The notes beneath the pieces are model-generated. The model was not told the DNA's origin and made no database searches. It worked only from the letters and a program-made list of their open reading frames with translations. A DNA stretch of 64,000 nucleotides from the NCBI GenBank assembly GCA_013265495.1, contig MU058037.1:1117498-1181497 (forward strand). The letters are read 5' to 3'. The stretch comes from Vicugna vicugna (taxonomy: Eukaryota). Below, in pieces: positions 41,034-53,480 of the stretch (the stretch's first letter is position 1; each line of letters starts with the position of its first letter). The translations under genes were made by a program, and so were the position numbers.

Positions 41034-41120
41034 TCTCATTCATGCAAGATGAATAAAGGATTTTGGCTTTCTGTATGGCTTCAGTGTCCCTCCTTCTACT
41101 GACTGATTTCTCCAAAAGCA
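41034..41120 (-). CDS. PHEX: PHEX exon 4 (87 nt)
   Basis: ctag|TG CTT TTG GAG...ATG AAT GAG A|gtgagt; translates (V)[28 protein letters not shown]; phase 1-1. Confidence 0.97.
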
Positions 41121-43268
41121 CTAGAAAGGGTAAAAAGGGATTCATTAGTATCCACCTACACATGGTGCTGAGTTGGAGGTCATCTAATAATCATAGTCAC
41201 AGTCTCCAGAAAGTTAAATGTAAAGACAGACAACTCTGCAAAAGACACATCTATAAAAGATACTCAGACAGAAGAACCTATTCCAAGTTGCTTGAGGTTT
41301 GAATAAAAAATATTTAACATTCTCTTCTCCAAGGTTCTCCTAATTCAAAGAAACCAAAAGTTCAATTTCCAACTGAGACTGGACCTTCCACAGGGGTTAA
41401 TGTTTTCTCCCACCTACACAAAAAGAAACAGAATTCATTTATTTAAGAACCAAAAACAACTGAACTCCATTTCTTGTTTCTGCACTGAGTAATATTCTCA
41501 ACGGAGGCAATTTCATCAGGGTCGAGTTTCTTAAGATTTTTTAACAGCCCGGCCCCTCAGGGAGGTCACCGGGAAGAAATTTCCTATTAGAAGTTTTATT
41601 CAATGTTGCATAAACACACTGAGGACACGAAAGACGTTGTTTAGACAGGAAATGGAGAAGCAAGAATGGAAAGCCTACCCAGATTGCCTGAAAACTTGCC
41701 CATTTACACATTCAAAGTCCTGGCCATTTAAAATGAGGCCATGTATATAAAATGGTCGCCAGTATGGACATAAGCCCACCTGAAGAATGACTTTCTATTT
41801 ATAAAATCACTGATGCTATTGTTTGAAGGTAGAAAATGATACCTGTCACTATTTCATGAAATAAGGAACTAGGAAAGCCAAGACTCAATAAAAACTACCC
41901 TCCGCCCCAAAAATACCACCTTAGATGTATAAGAGAGTATCAATTTACTGACATGAAGCCAATACAAAGAATCCCCACAAAGCACCACGGCACTCCCTTC
42001 ATCGAGCTATGTCAAACTGCAATTGTCAAGGCATTTGGTATTTACCTCTGAAACACCCTAGCAGCCTCCAAATGATGGTACAACAGATGCTCCTACAATA
42101 CTTGGAATAGCTTTCAAGATACAACGTACAGTGGTAATCAAGTTAAATAATTACATATTCCCTAAAGAGGGATCTACTTCTAAACTAGAAGTTCTACATT
42201 TCAAAAACAATGCAACCCAGAGCTTCTGTCCAGTTTTCTATAAGCACCTGTACATCAAACAAGTTCATATAACTAGATAGATGCAATTAAAGTTGAACTG
42301 GATATGGGCCTATCAATTATTTCAACTTGTTCATTTCTTATGTATTATCATAGCAATAAAAGTGGGATAACTAGCCCCAAGGATAAAGGAAGGAGACTTT
42401 TTTTAATGAACAGAAATCTCTAAAATCATAGCCACATATATTTCTATTCAAATTAGATCATGTGCCTTTCCACCATATTGCTTCCACAGTCACTGGATTG
42501 CTGGGGGGAGACATTTGAAAGTAATCCAAATTTCATTTCATTTCGGGATGTAACATTATTCTGATACTATAAACACTCCACAGGCTGCAAGCATGAATAC
42601 CCTGAGGACCAAAAACAAGCCATAGAACAAAAGAACTTAAAGTATTAAGTACGTACCTGAGTGTGCACCCAAGGCACTGTGTCTCACGAGAAGATGGAAG
42701 ACATGTATATACAAAATAGGGCAATCCCCAAACCCTGGCCATGCACAACCATCAATAATTTGTATACATCAGAATTCTGGTTTCTGTGCCAGAATTTGGC
42801 TTTTAAAACAAATTCAGCTATCACAGGTTTCTTGTTATACCCTTCCCCTTCTCCTCTCCTCCTCTTCATACCCAAGCAGGCAGGAGAGCACTGATATGCA
42901 CATAGTGTTGTGACAATCAGTTGGCAGCATCCATTTTATCTATCTCTGTATTTGAATTAGTGGCAAGAAGAATTCAATCTAGCCTGGAGAGTCATTAATG
43001 AGCAGAAAACAAAGCCTCTCAAAGGCAATTACTCAGGTTATTAAAATGTCCCTAAAGCATTGAGACGGGCTCATGGGTCACCCATACAAGGGCTTTCCCA
43101 TCATAATCTGTGTTGTTTCTTGGAAGATTTCTCAGTCTCCCCTCACCCCCATGCAGGTATTCTAACCAAGTGACAACAGAAAAGGGAAACTCTAGTTCAT
43201 AATAACCTATAGTGCAACAAACCTCAGATTCTAAAATCAGTTTCAAGTGTCTCTGATCATCAAAATTT

Positions 43269-43345
43269 GATATATATATATATGTATGTATGTGTATGCA
43301 CGTATATATGTGTGTGTGTATATGTATATATCTGTGTATACATAA
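43269..43345. repeat. Mixed (TA)/(TG) microsatellite
   Basis: Read directly from the sequence. Confidence 0.9.
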
Positions 43346-43424
43346 TGTAAGTATGTTTTCTTCTCACTATGCTCAAATAAAATTGGTTTTACCAAAAAAA
43401 AAAAGGCAAAATAATAGACATAGT

Positions 43425-43665
43425 CAAGGGGGTGAGCTCTCACTCACAAAGACCTGGGTTCCAGATGCAGCTTGCTGCTACTGTCTACCTGGAACTTCAG
43501 CAAGTTACTTAATCTCTCTAAGCCTCAATTTCTTCATCTGTAAATCTGGATAAATACTGGTGCCTACCTCCCAGGGCTGTGGTGAGGAGTGAACACTTTA
43601 ATGCACAGAAAGTCCCTATCTCAATGCCATAACACATGGCAAGTGATCAGTCAATCAATGGTGGC
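43425..43665 (+). mobile_element. MIR SINE
   Basis: 'caagttacttaatctctctaagcctcaatttcttcatctgtaaat'. Confidence 0.8.
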
Positions 43666-43979
43666 TTAAACCGGCTTCCAGGCTGAGTCAGCCATACACA
43701 AAATTGTCATCAAGCTTGTTTCTAGTGCTTCCTCCGTAAATGTCTTCTCCTCCCTTCTCAGGATGCTGGTCTCCAAAGGCCTTCTGCTAACCTAAGACAT
43801 TGGTACTCCTTGTGCAGGACTCTTTCATCAACTGGACCTGCCCTAAGAGCCAAGCAAAACCCCATGCTCTCAGCATCTCTGCTGCTTCCATAGTAGTGGC
43901 AATGCTCCGGCAAGAGAGAAACTCTGAAAATATCTGGCTCCATTCCTCATCACAGACAACAAAGTCTTTTCCTTCTGTA

Positions 43980-44510
43980 AACTTTTTTCAGTGCAATTAT
44001 AACATATACAGAGAAAAGTGCACCTGTCATAAATCTGAAGGACTTTCACAAAGTTAACGTATGCATGTAATCAACATTATGACCAGAACCAGGAGCTCCT
44101 TGTGCTTCCCTCCAGTCACCATCTCCAATCAAGACAACCAACATTCTCTTTTGTGAAGTGCTTCCTCAACTATTTCCCACATTTCTATTGGTAATCTACC
44201 TTTTTCGTATTGATTTATAGAAGTTCTTTATATATTCTACACACAAGTCCTTTGTTGAATATTTGTATTACAAAATCTCCCATTCCACAGACTTCATTTT
44301 TTCTTAGCGGTATCATGTGATGAACTGAACTTAGTTTAATGTAGTCCAGTGTGACCATTTGTTCCATCTATGGCAAGCATATTTTGTGTCCTATTTAAGA
44401 AATCTTTGCCTACCCTGAGGTCATGAAGATCCTGCCTAATGTCTTCCTCTAGAATCTTTACTGTTTCACATTTAGATCCACAGTCCATATAGAAATTGGT
44501 TTTGCCCACC
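43980..44510 (-). mobile_element. Old L1 fragments
   Basis: Reverse L1 motifs (tttaagaaatctttgcctaccctgaggtcatgaaga). Confidence 0.7.
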
Positions 44511-47387
44511 CACTGTGGACAGCCATGCCATTGTAACATAAGCCTGGCCTCAAAGGGGACGAATCATGTGAAAATTTTAGTAAAGAAGGTATTTTTGGTC
44601 ACTGGGTCTCACATTCATCTGTGAACATCCAGGGCTTAGTGCTTGGCATGGCTGGTGTTCAATGTTTGCGCAGCTAAATTCCTGGCAAAGAAAGTCTGAG
44701 AGTTTTTCACCCAAATGGAAAGGAAATGTGAGAAGTTGGACTAACTTCTTTTATTATTTCTTTTTATAATCAGCAGTGTCCTGATAGCATAAACATCCAT
44801 GATCTCCTTTTCTCACATTCCAGTCCCTGTAGCAACAATACAATGACATCCAAGGTCGTGTCTGTTTCTGAAAATACCAGTTTTTATGCTACCCAAGTCT
44901 TATTTCACCACTGGTCTCAGGTTAATCAGCCACTTCCACTTTCCTGCTCTTCTGTGGAGGGGGGTGCTGAATACTTAGTTGGCACTGAACCTCCTTTAAG
45001 CTCAGAAGCCAGGTAAGATTACTAATTCTACTCACTCATCCCATTTCTCCTGCTCAGACGGGGCTTTACTGAGAGCTCTGGAACAGGAAGAAGAAATTCC
45101 AAAGGAAGAAGGACAATACTCCCGAGGACTGAGAAGTCCCCTGGTAAGGCAAGAGCTCACAACAGTCACGAACACCTCAGGCCAGTCATGTGGAGTTTGG
45201 GAAATATTCAGGACTTTGCTAACTAACACTGTTTTCAAAAACTCCACACACACAAACTTTCAGGCCCGTGAGCAAACACCTACCAAGAACCTCGGCACTG
45301 AGCTGATGCCATCTGAAGGAGAGAGCTCTCAGAGCACGGGAACTCTTTCAAAACACCCTCCTTTCTGTTCTTTCTCCAGACCCTGTAATCCCTCTATGTG
45401 CCTATTCTAAAGGGGATCCTCTGGCTACGTGCTAAGAGATCAATGAATGCTGGAGCTGTTTGCCTGATTTGCTTAATAGAAACAACAACTGCATTCTAGA
45501 ACCTCCAGTCAAACATCATCCAGGTGCATTCTCAATTTCATGTAGATTATGCCAACATTTCCCTTAGAAATCAGGGGGAGCATCCTTTTAATTCTAGTGA
45601 GAGAAAGAACATGAAAAATCAACTCTGGAAAACCAAATCTACATTTTAAGGGAAGGTGTGTCCTTCCACACCTACATAAGAAACAGAATGCTCTCTAGAC
45701 ATATATTTTTTTAAAAATCTATCATATCATAGCCTGCCTGGTTTCTCCTTTGGTGGTACTTTAAAACTACTTTCGGATGGTCCACGGCTCTAATGTCACC
45801 TCTAATCTTACTATTTTTAGTCTCTGTTGATTTTCCAGGCTGCAGACTTCAATCTGGTTTCCAGGCTCCTCAGTTTATTTACCATATTGAGAAATTTCAT
45901 TTTTCTAACTCACACTGCATGGGTATTAAATTCTTATGCAGTTAGACCTGGAGACTCTAAATCAGCTTGCAAAGGCCGTTGTTATTCTCATTAAAAAATA
46001 AAATTCCAGTTAACTAAGTCATGGTCTGTGGATCCCATAACCCTCATGTTTTCACCACGGATTGTGTGACACTCAACTTTGCAGTTCTTCAGCCACATAG
46101 CCGGTCAAGCATGGGATTAACTGAGTCTGTCTGACATACTGAAAAGACAATAAGAGCTGATATTTCTCATTCTTCTGGAAAACTCCCACCTAAATATAGG
46201 GAGAGAAGCTGTCAGAATGCTTTTCTCTGTTCATTTTTTATGATCACCTCATACATGATCATTGTTGGCTGGCATTAGCTTAAGAAAAAGGGACAGGGAT
46301 TAGTTTAAAGGCATTAAAAACCTCTAAGTCATCGATCTAAATCACGGGTTACCAAATAACATAAAAATATCCCCCTTTTAACACAAAAGACCTCTTTGTC
46401 CATAATGAAATCAATTTTATACAACTGCCAGACACTACAAAAGTCTAATAGAAGGCAACTCTTTTATTATGTTGACTTATAAGTGAATTTTTAAGGATTA
46501 CACTTACCAGGGTCACACTTCAAAATAATTTAACTTAAATTTTAAGATTACTTTGATAGTATATCATTACAATGATTCTGCCAACATGATATTTTAACTC
46601 ATAAAAAGTTTCTCTGTTCAGATAATTTGTATCATAACAGATAATTTAATGTAAGGAAGGCCTGTGCTGAACTCAATGTCATTAAAATTCATCTTCAGTT
46701 TTTTTCCTATAATAAGAACCTTAATATCACCTGCTTATTTCTACCATCTTAACATTACAAGGAAAAGTCCGTGTATGGCTATATGGTCCCTGCAGTGGTC
46801 CTTCCTGAGCAGTCCCAAGACATCCAAGGATCCTGGTGACAGTGTTCATTTATTAAGCACCTGCTCTGAACAAGGCGTACTGTATTAATGACCTCAATTA
46901 ATCCCCCACCAACCCTAAACAGCATGAACCATTAACCCTATTCTACAGGCATGAAAACTGTAAAAACTTGTCCAACGAAACTCAGCTAGTAAAGGTTAGA
47001 GCTTGGATCTGGACCCAAGTCTCTGATTCTTGCTCAGATGACCATTAGGTACCCACCAGTAAAATTCTGCAGAGCACTTTCCTGCATGAGAACAAGGCCC
47101 CCAGGTGGCTAAACCAGAGGCAGCAACGCACTCAGGGACTTTCTTGACAGATCTCTCCATTGTAACTGGAAGAAAGGCCTTCCCTGGTTTTACCAAGACT
47201 TGTTTTTCGCTGCAGTGGAGTGACTCTGTGCTAAGCCATCTTCACCCTTTGCCCTGTCACCCTATTTGTGACCAGGGACACACACTCCTGAGGCACCTAG
47301 CCAGAGGCAGGAGCCCTGGTGAGGTTAGATCAAAAGAAAATGAGCTGATCCCTAAGGCATGACTTTACATTATGTCCTAGACTAAAC

Positions 47388-47562
47388 CAGGGGTTTCTAA
47401 ACTTGAGCATGCATCAGTATCATCAGAGGGGCTTGTTAAAACACAGAGTATTGGGTCCTTCTGCCAGAGCATCTGATTCAGCAGGTCTGGGGTGGGGCCC
47501 AGACATTTGCATTTCAAACAAATGCTGATGCTACAGGAAGAGGATCGTACTTTGAGAACCAG
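47388..47562. mobile_element. MER5A-like MITE
   Basis: CAGGGGTTTCTAAACTT...TTTGAGAACCAG. Confidence 0.8.
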
Positions 47563-50049
47563 TACTTTCAACCAACAGCACTCACCAGCCATCCCTTTCC
47601 CCCAAACTTTACTGAAGTATAGTTGACAGTTATTAGCAGTCCTTTGATGTCTGTGAGCCCAGGACATAACTAGCCCAGATTCCTTCCTCCCCCATTCCCT
47701 AGTGACCCAGTCAAATCAGGAGTTTTAGCCTTTCTTTGCTGATTTCCTCACTCTGCAGCTCCATTTTAATTCAGTGTCAACATTCTTTACAGAGAGCATT
47801 ACTTTCTCTTGTCCTGGAAACACTCTCCTTGCATTGGCCCATTTAGGTCTAAGTTAGTCCTCAGTTCTGCAAAACTCAGCTTTAAAAAGTTCCTTTCTTA
47901 AAGGTGAAATGCAACAGGGTTTTGAGGTGAGAGTCGATTCACTGGTTTAAGAGAGAAAAAAAATCAGCACTATGCCGGAAAGACTTCCAAAATGAAAAAG
48001 CAACACAGGATAGCTATTTTCAACTCCTGCTTATACCACACCCTACGAAGAAGAAGAAATACTGCATCCCGGATCCTAAAAAATCTGAGCTCCAGACTTC
48101 ATGATTCCTCTCTCATCTACGACAGCGGCATCAAAACACTGTAAACATAGGTTTAAAAAGCCACTTCCCAACTAACCCCTGTTTTCACTCCCACCTTCCC
48201 TGAGGAGGTGAGAGCAGCAGAGGTTCTATTCTTGGCTGTTCAAACCACAGTGTGTGGTCGAGGGAGGCTGTCCTCTAAAAGTGGGTTTCTGACAGTGAGG
48301 GGTTCGGAGCTGGGCTCTCTTTCCTTCTCTATCCAGAATCCTCTCCTGCAAAAGATGGGAAGCAACAGCACCCTTGGCAGGAGCAGAGGACCCAAAGGGC
48401 CAAAGGACCAAAGGGCTGGGTGGGTGAGTGGGGGGACCAGAATTAACCTCATTGCCCATTGGCTGTGGCTTCGGCTCCCCTCACTGATTCTGCCCAGTGC
48501 CTGGGGGTGTTTCAAAAAAAACAGGGGCCACAAAGAAGAGAAAATGACCCTTCATGCTGAACTGAGAATAAAAGAGAGAAAAGGATGCCAAATAATACTT
48601 GAGGTTTTCTGTAACAAGGAAAACAAACTCTACCTTCATCTGGGTCCCAAGCTAGAAAACAGAACAGCATGCCAGGGCCTTCTGAACTATCTTCATACAT
48701 CAATCCCCTCCTCTGAGCCATCCCCCATATGCAGTCCGTGTGCTCCGGCAAAATGCATCACTCACTGCCCCCTTGACATGACATTTACAAATGGCTTCCT
48801 GTTGCCCGAGGATAAAAGCTGAAATCTTTACACTGCCTACAAGGCCTGCGAGCTCCAGCCGTTCCTCTCCCTTCAGTTCTATCTTGTGTCCCCTTTCCCC
48901 TCCAGCTCTGAGCTCCAATCACACCGGGCTTCTTGGGTTTCCTGAAAGGCACCAGCTGGACAGAGGCTCTGCTCATGCAGCTCTTTCCGCGTGGGTTAAA
49001 ATTGGAGACATTTGAAATGTTAGACCCATAATCTGTGGGGGACAAATTATATGGCTGGATTGGTTTGGGCAAGTCACATAATTTTCTTGACCTTCGCTTC
49101 CTCAGATGTAGGGCAAAGACAGAAATAAACAATGAGGGCCAACATCACAGAATTAGAATGAGGAACCATAGAGAAAACAAATGATTCACTAAAGGAATAA
49201 AATTAGTAACAAGAAATGCATGGGCCTTGAGGAAGTGAATTTATGAATTCAGAACAGACAGCAGGTAGGAGAAGTAGTTCAATTTGGAACTCAGTCTAAA
49301 AGGCCACTACAGGAAATCTCTGGTTAGTGCCACAGGCAGACCTGTGAGTGTACTAGCGCATGTATGTGAGTGTGTATGTTTCTCTCCCAGAAATGTAAGT
49401 TCCCACACGTATTTCAACTGTTGTTGAAAATAAAATTCCCCTCTCGTTTTATAAGTTAAAAGGTCCACGCATGTCTTAGAAAGTATCTGTCACTGCACAA
49501 ATATCAACACCGATGAGGCTTTCCAAACAAACATATCTTGTTTGTGACAAGCTATTATCCAACCAGCCTACAATTAATTTTCCTGTTATGGGTAGTGCCT
49601 TTTTACATGGAATGTTCTCTTGACACTTTAAAGCAAATAGTCCGTCATTACTAATTCATTTAGTATTCACACAGATGCTATTAATCACAATGAACTAATG
49701 TGGTATTAATGGGTGGGTTATTAATCTGCAATTACATGCAGATTTCCTAATAAATTCCAGTTGTCCAAGTTTTCTGAGGAGGAAAGGCAAAGGAAAACAA
49801 AATGAACAAATCTTTCAGAAAACAAATTAAAGGGAAGAAATACCTCTCCCTGTACCATAAGAGAGGACACACAAAATTCTTATTTTCTTTTTATCCTAAG
49901 AAATCTTTGCTCTTACCCAATACAATGACACTTGCAATATATAGGGTTTCATCAAAATAGTAATATAAACGGAAGAAAAACAAACCACCCCTGCACCCTG
50001 GAGAGGTGCTGCTTTACTGATATACCACGTCCTCAAATGTAGCAAAGCC

Positions 50050-50210
50050 TGGCTGCTCAATGTTTGGTCCCTGGAACAGCAGTGGGGCATCACCTGAGAA
50101 CTTGCCAGAAATGTAGACTCTCAGGTCCCTTCTCAGACCTACTGAAACATGATCTGCTTTTTAAGAAGATTCCCATGTTATCCACATACACATTCAAGGT
50201 TGAGAATGGT
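50050..50210. mobile_element. MER5A-like MITE
   Basis: 'tggtccctggaacagcagtggggcatcacctgagaacttg...agacctactgaa'. Confidence 0.7.
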
Positions 50211-50409
50211 ATCAAAGTACAGCTTTGCAGCTACAAACTAGCATATAAGGAAGAGGGGGAGTGTTGCTTATACGTCACTAAACATTAAAGCCTAGGTGTG
50301 CTGAGGATGGAAATCATGCAAATCTCATTGAAACTGTTCAAGGTACACAAACAAGGTGGATATGACAGAAGTTGGGGAACTTGGATTATTAGAAATACAA
50401 TTTACATAT

Positions 50410-51043
50410 CATATTTCATGAAATCTAAGCAGCTTTTTTTTTTCACATCTTAACATCTCTGAAATTGGAATCCATCTTAAAACTGTCAGCTAGGCACAGT
50501 CACGACGTAGATGCCATTACCTGCCCACGCGTGACCTTGACCTAGCAGCTCTCATCATCGGCACTTCAAATGAGTTGGTTGCATGGCTAGCAAGTTGTCA
50601 CTTAACGTTTCTTCAGGAAGATTCCCTACAATTTGGCAATGAAATTAAAACTTACTACATATTCAAAAAGGCAGTCTTGGAGGAAAATCCCTGAGATGAT
50701 TGAGAGCATGTTTTAGAGAAATGCTGAATCACTGCCGTTATTGATGGAAAGAGAATAATATTTTGTGAGAAAACAAAAGTACTGATGATTTCAAATCAAA
50801 AAATACTGTGAGGAAGTTTTTGGAATAACTTAGCCCATTTCTTTTGCTTGCATATTCTATTTTAATTAATGCAAAAGAGTAATATATGATAAAAATTAAT
50901 GTCTAAGTCTAAAAGAACCTGCAATGAATATGAAATAAAAAGTTATAAGAAACCAATGTGTAATAGCTTAGTCTTGTTTCGTATACATGAAACAACAGTG
51001 CATCTTACAGCTGACAGTCTTTTTGATTCAATGAAATATGGTA
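50410..51043. mobile_element. Old Tigger-type non-autonomous DNA transposon (Tigger13a-like)
   Basis: Inverted ends catatttcatgaaatctaag / tttgattcaatgaaatatg; subfamily name from memory. Confidence 0.65.
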
Positions 51044-51911
51044 TTAATTTAGTTGAGGCTATGAAAAACTCAGCAGTGTTTGTGTGCTCTCTTGCTTAAT
51101 TTTAAGTCAATAAATATAACCAACAAAATTGCATGTCACTATAGCATTACCACTACAGAAGACTCAGTATTTTTCATTCTGGGAAATAATAAATGTGTCC
51201 AGAATATTCAAGCTGTGTTTGGATTTGAATAAAAGAAAGCAATAAAAAATTACTCCAAATGAGTCCAAGAGCATTTTAAGGACAAGTGAATCTCCGGGTG
51301 AGATGAGACATTTTAATTCCTGAGTATTGGGTTTCACATCCAGGTCTCAGGGGCAAAAATACAAGCTTGGCCGAGCAGAAAGGCAGGCGTGAGGCCTCTG
51401 GCAAGAGCAGCCCCGTGGGCGTCCCGCCACCCCGTGGGCTGTGCAGCCTTCAGACCTCAGCCAGAGCCACAATCGCCTCCTTTCCTCACCCAGCACTTCC
51501 CGCGCGGTCCCCACTAGACATGCCTCCTTCTGGCAATGACTTGCAGTTTTCAAACCCCAACTTCCTCTTCCCCACAGCTTAGAGCTTCCAGACTGGCACC
51601 AACACTTCTGACGTCAATTAAAATAATAGAATTTGTATGTCTTAATTAACTTGCACTGGTGTGTATCAAGGGAGGAAAAAGAAGTCTCTTTTCTTACATT
51701 ATCCAGGACTTCACCAAAATGTTGGGAAACGCAAATTGAGAGAAATTAATAAAACAGTTGGGGTACTGCCCGACATTCTTTAATGTCAACTAGCAAAGCA
51801 TATTGCCAGACTGGTTATTTTGAATGGATCTCATTTCACAAAACTCACAGAATATTCTCTAATAGACAGCAGCTACAGTTCTCTACTAGGTTAGTTTGGA
51901 CATTGCCCTTG

Positions 51912-52230
51912 AGTAGGTTCTCAAACTTGGCTGCATGTTAGAATCACCTGTGGGGGAGGGGTGGTTAAAAATCCAGAAGCCCAGGCTGTACCCCAGACCA
52001 ATTACATCAGAACCTGTGAGGATGGGCCCCGGGCACCTGTGTCTTTATTTTTTTGGGGGGGTAATTAGGTTTATTTATTTATTCTTAGAGGAGGTACTGG
52101 GGATTGAACCCAGGACGCCATGCAGGCTAACTATGTGCTCTACCACTTGAGCTATACCCTTCCCCCATCTGCGTCTTTTAAGCTCCCCAGTGATTTCAGC
52201 GTGCAGCCAGGCTTGTGAAGCACTGGTCTA
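51912..52230. mobile_element. MER5-like MITE split by a SINE
   Basis: 'ggttctcaaacttggctgcatgttagaatcacctg' ... 'gtgcagccaggcttgtgaagcactg'. Confidence 0.75.
52047..52165 (-). mobile_element. Camelid Vic-1-like SINE
   Basis: Reverse complement of the same SINE head and tail; TSD CAYCTGYGTCTTT at 52034-52046 and 52166-52178. Confidence 0.88.
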
Positions 52231-52231
52231 G

Positions 52232-52680
52232 AACTGCTCTGCCCGACACAAAAGCAGTAGTCACAAGGGTGCTTGAGTGCCTGAAATGTGTCTGGTCCAC
52301 ACAGACACGTGCTGCAAGTGTAAGATGCGAGCTGGATTTGAAAGACTTAATAGGTAAAAAAGAATATAAAATGTCTTGAAAACAAGGTTTTTATATTGAT
52401 TCCATGAAATGACTGTATTTTGGATATACTGGGTTAGATAAAATATAACTTCACCTGTTTACTTTAATGTAGCTATTAGAAAATGTAAACTGACTATAAC
52501 TCAATAAAAGAAAAAAAAAGAAAATGTAAAATTGAGGTGGGGTATGGCTCAGTGGCAGAGTGCGTGCTGAGAGTGCACTAGGGCCTGGGTTCAATCTATT
52601 TAAAAAAAAAAAGAAAAAATGTAAAATTTCATGTGAGTTGCATTTGTGGTGACTCAACATTTCTTTTGGACATCACTGCT
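52232..52680. mobile_element. MER3/MER33-like MITE with nested retro-insertions
   Basis: MER3/33 motifs (ttttggatatactgggttagataaaatata...tcacctgttt; ttggacatcactgct). Confidence 0.65.
52534..52615 (+). mobile_element. Head-only Vic-1-like SINE
   Basis: tRNA-like head ending GGGTTCAATC, then poly-A; TSD AAAATGTAAAATT. Confidence 0.8.
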
Positions 52681-53388
52681 CTGGAAGGTACCTTTATAGG
52701 TCATTAGCTGTGAATATGAATGAATTACTTAACCTCTCCAAGCCTCAACTTTCACAGCTGTAAAGTGGGATGATACCATCTTACCGGTTTTCAGAGGTTT
52801 TATCGGGTACTAAGAGTCAAACCATCTGAATTCTAATCCTAGCTCCATCACCTATTAGCTGTGTGACCTTGGGCTGGTTATTGTCCTGCTGGGCTGCTTT
52901 TGTTTTCTTATTTGCAAAATGCGGATAAACCTTCCATATTATAGGCTTGTTGAGTTCAGGTTAGAGTTCAACAAATGGTAACAAGGGTATTTATTAAATA
53001 AAGTCACCTCTAACATGTGCCTGGACTGTTAGGCCCTTCTCTATGTGATGTACTCTTACAAATTTGTGAACATTTTTTTCTTTTTGGCATGTTAAAGGGT
53101 CATTTCACAGTAATGAGTAGAAATACCCCCATTAGTAGTAAATCGGGAAAATGGGAATTTTTCCACTTCGTAAAAACGCTCAACTCATCCACACCTTCAA
53201 GTTGCCATTAAAAAGTTTTCAGAATTGAGGGTGAGCACACAGCTGAAGCCATCCCATCAGGGAGTTTGGAAATGTGAGGATCAAATTTTCAACTCTGTTG
53301 GAGCATGCATTTGTGTGCAACCAACTTTTTAATTTTTCTGGTGCCTGAGTTTTGTCATTGACCAGTTAGGAGTATGTAGTAAAAGCAA

Positions 53389-53480
53389 GGGGTAGCTATA
53401 GCTCAGTGGTAGAGCACATGCTTAGCATGTGCGAGGTCCTGGGTTCAATCCCCAGTATCTCCACAAAAAAAAAAAAAAAA
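53389..53480 (+). mobile_element. Camelid Vic-1-like SINE (short form)
   Basis: TAGCTCAGTGGTAGAGCACATGCTTAGCATGTGCGAGGTCCTGGGTTCAATCCCCAGTA plus a poly-A tail; flanking duplication ggagt(at)gtagtaaaag. Confidence 0.88.

Noticed and set aside
48208..48822. Longest ORF in the track (204 aa, + strand)
   Set aside because: Non-ATG start, no recognisable domain, intronic and antisense. A chance ORF in a GC-richer stretch.
53389..53465. tRNA-like sequence with A and B boxes
   Set aside because: It is a SINE head: it has a poly-A tail, a TSD and several diverged copies in the window. Not a tRNA gene.
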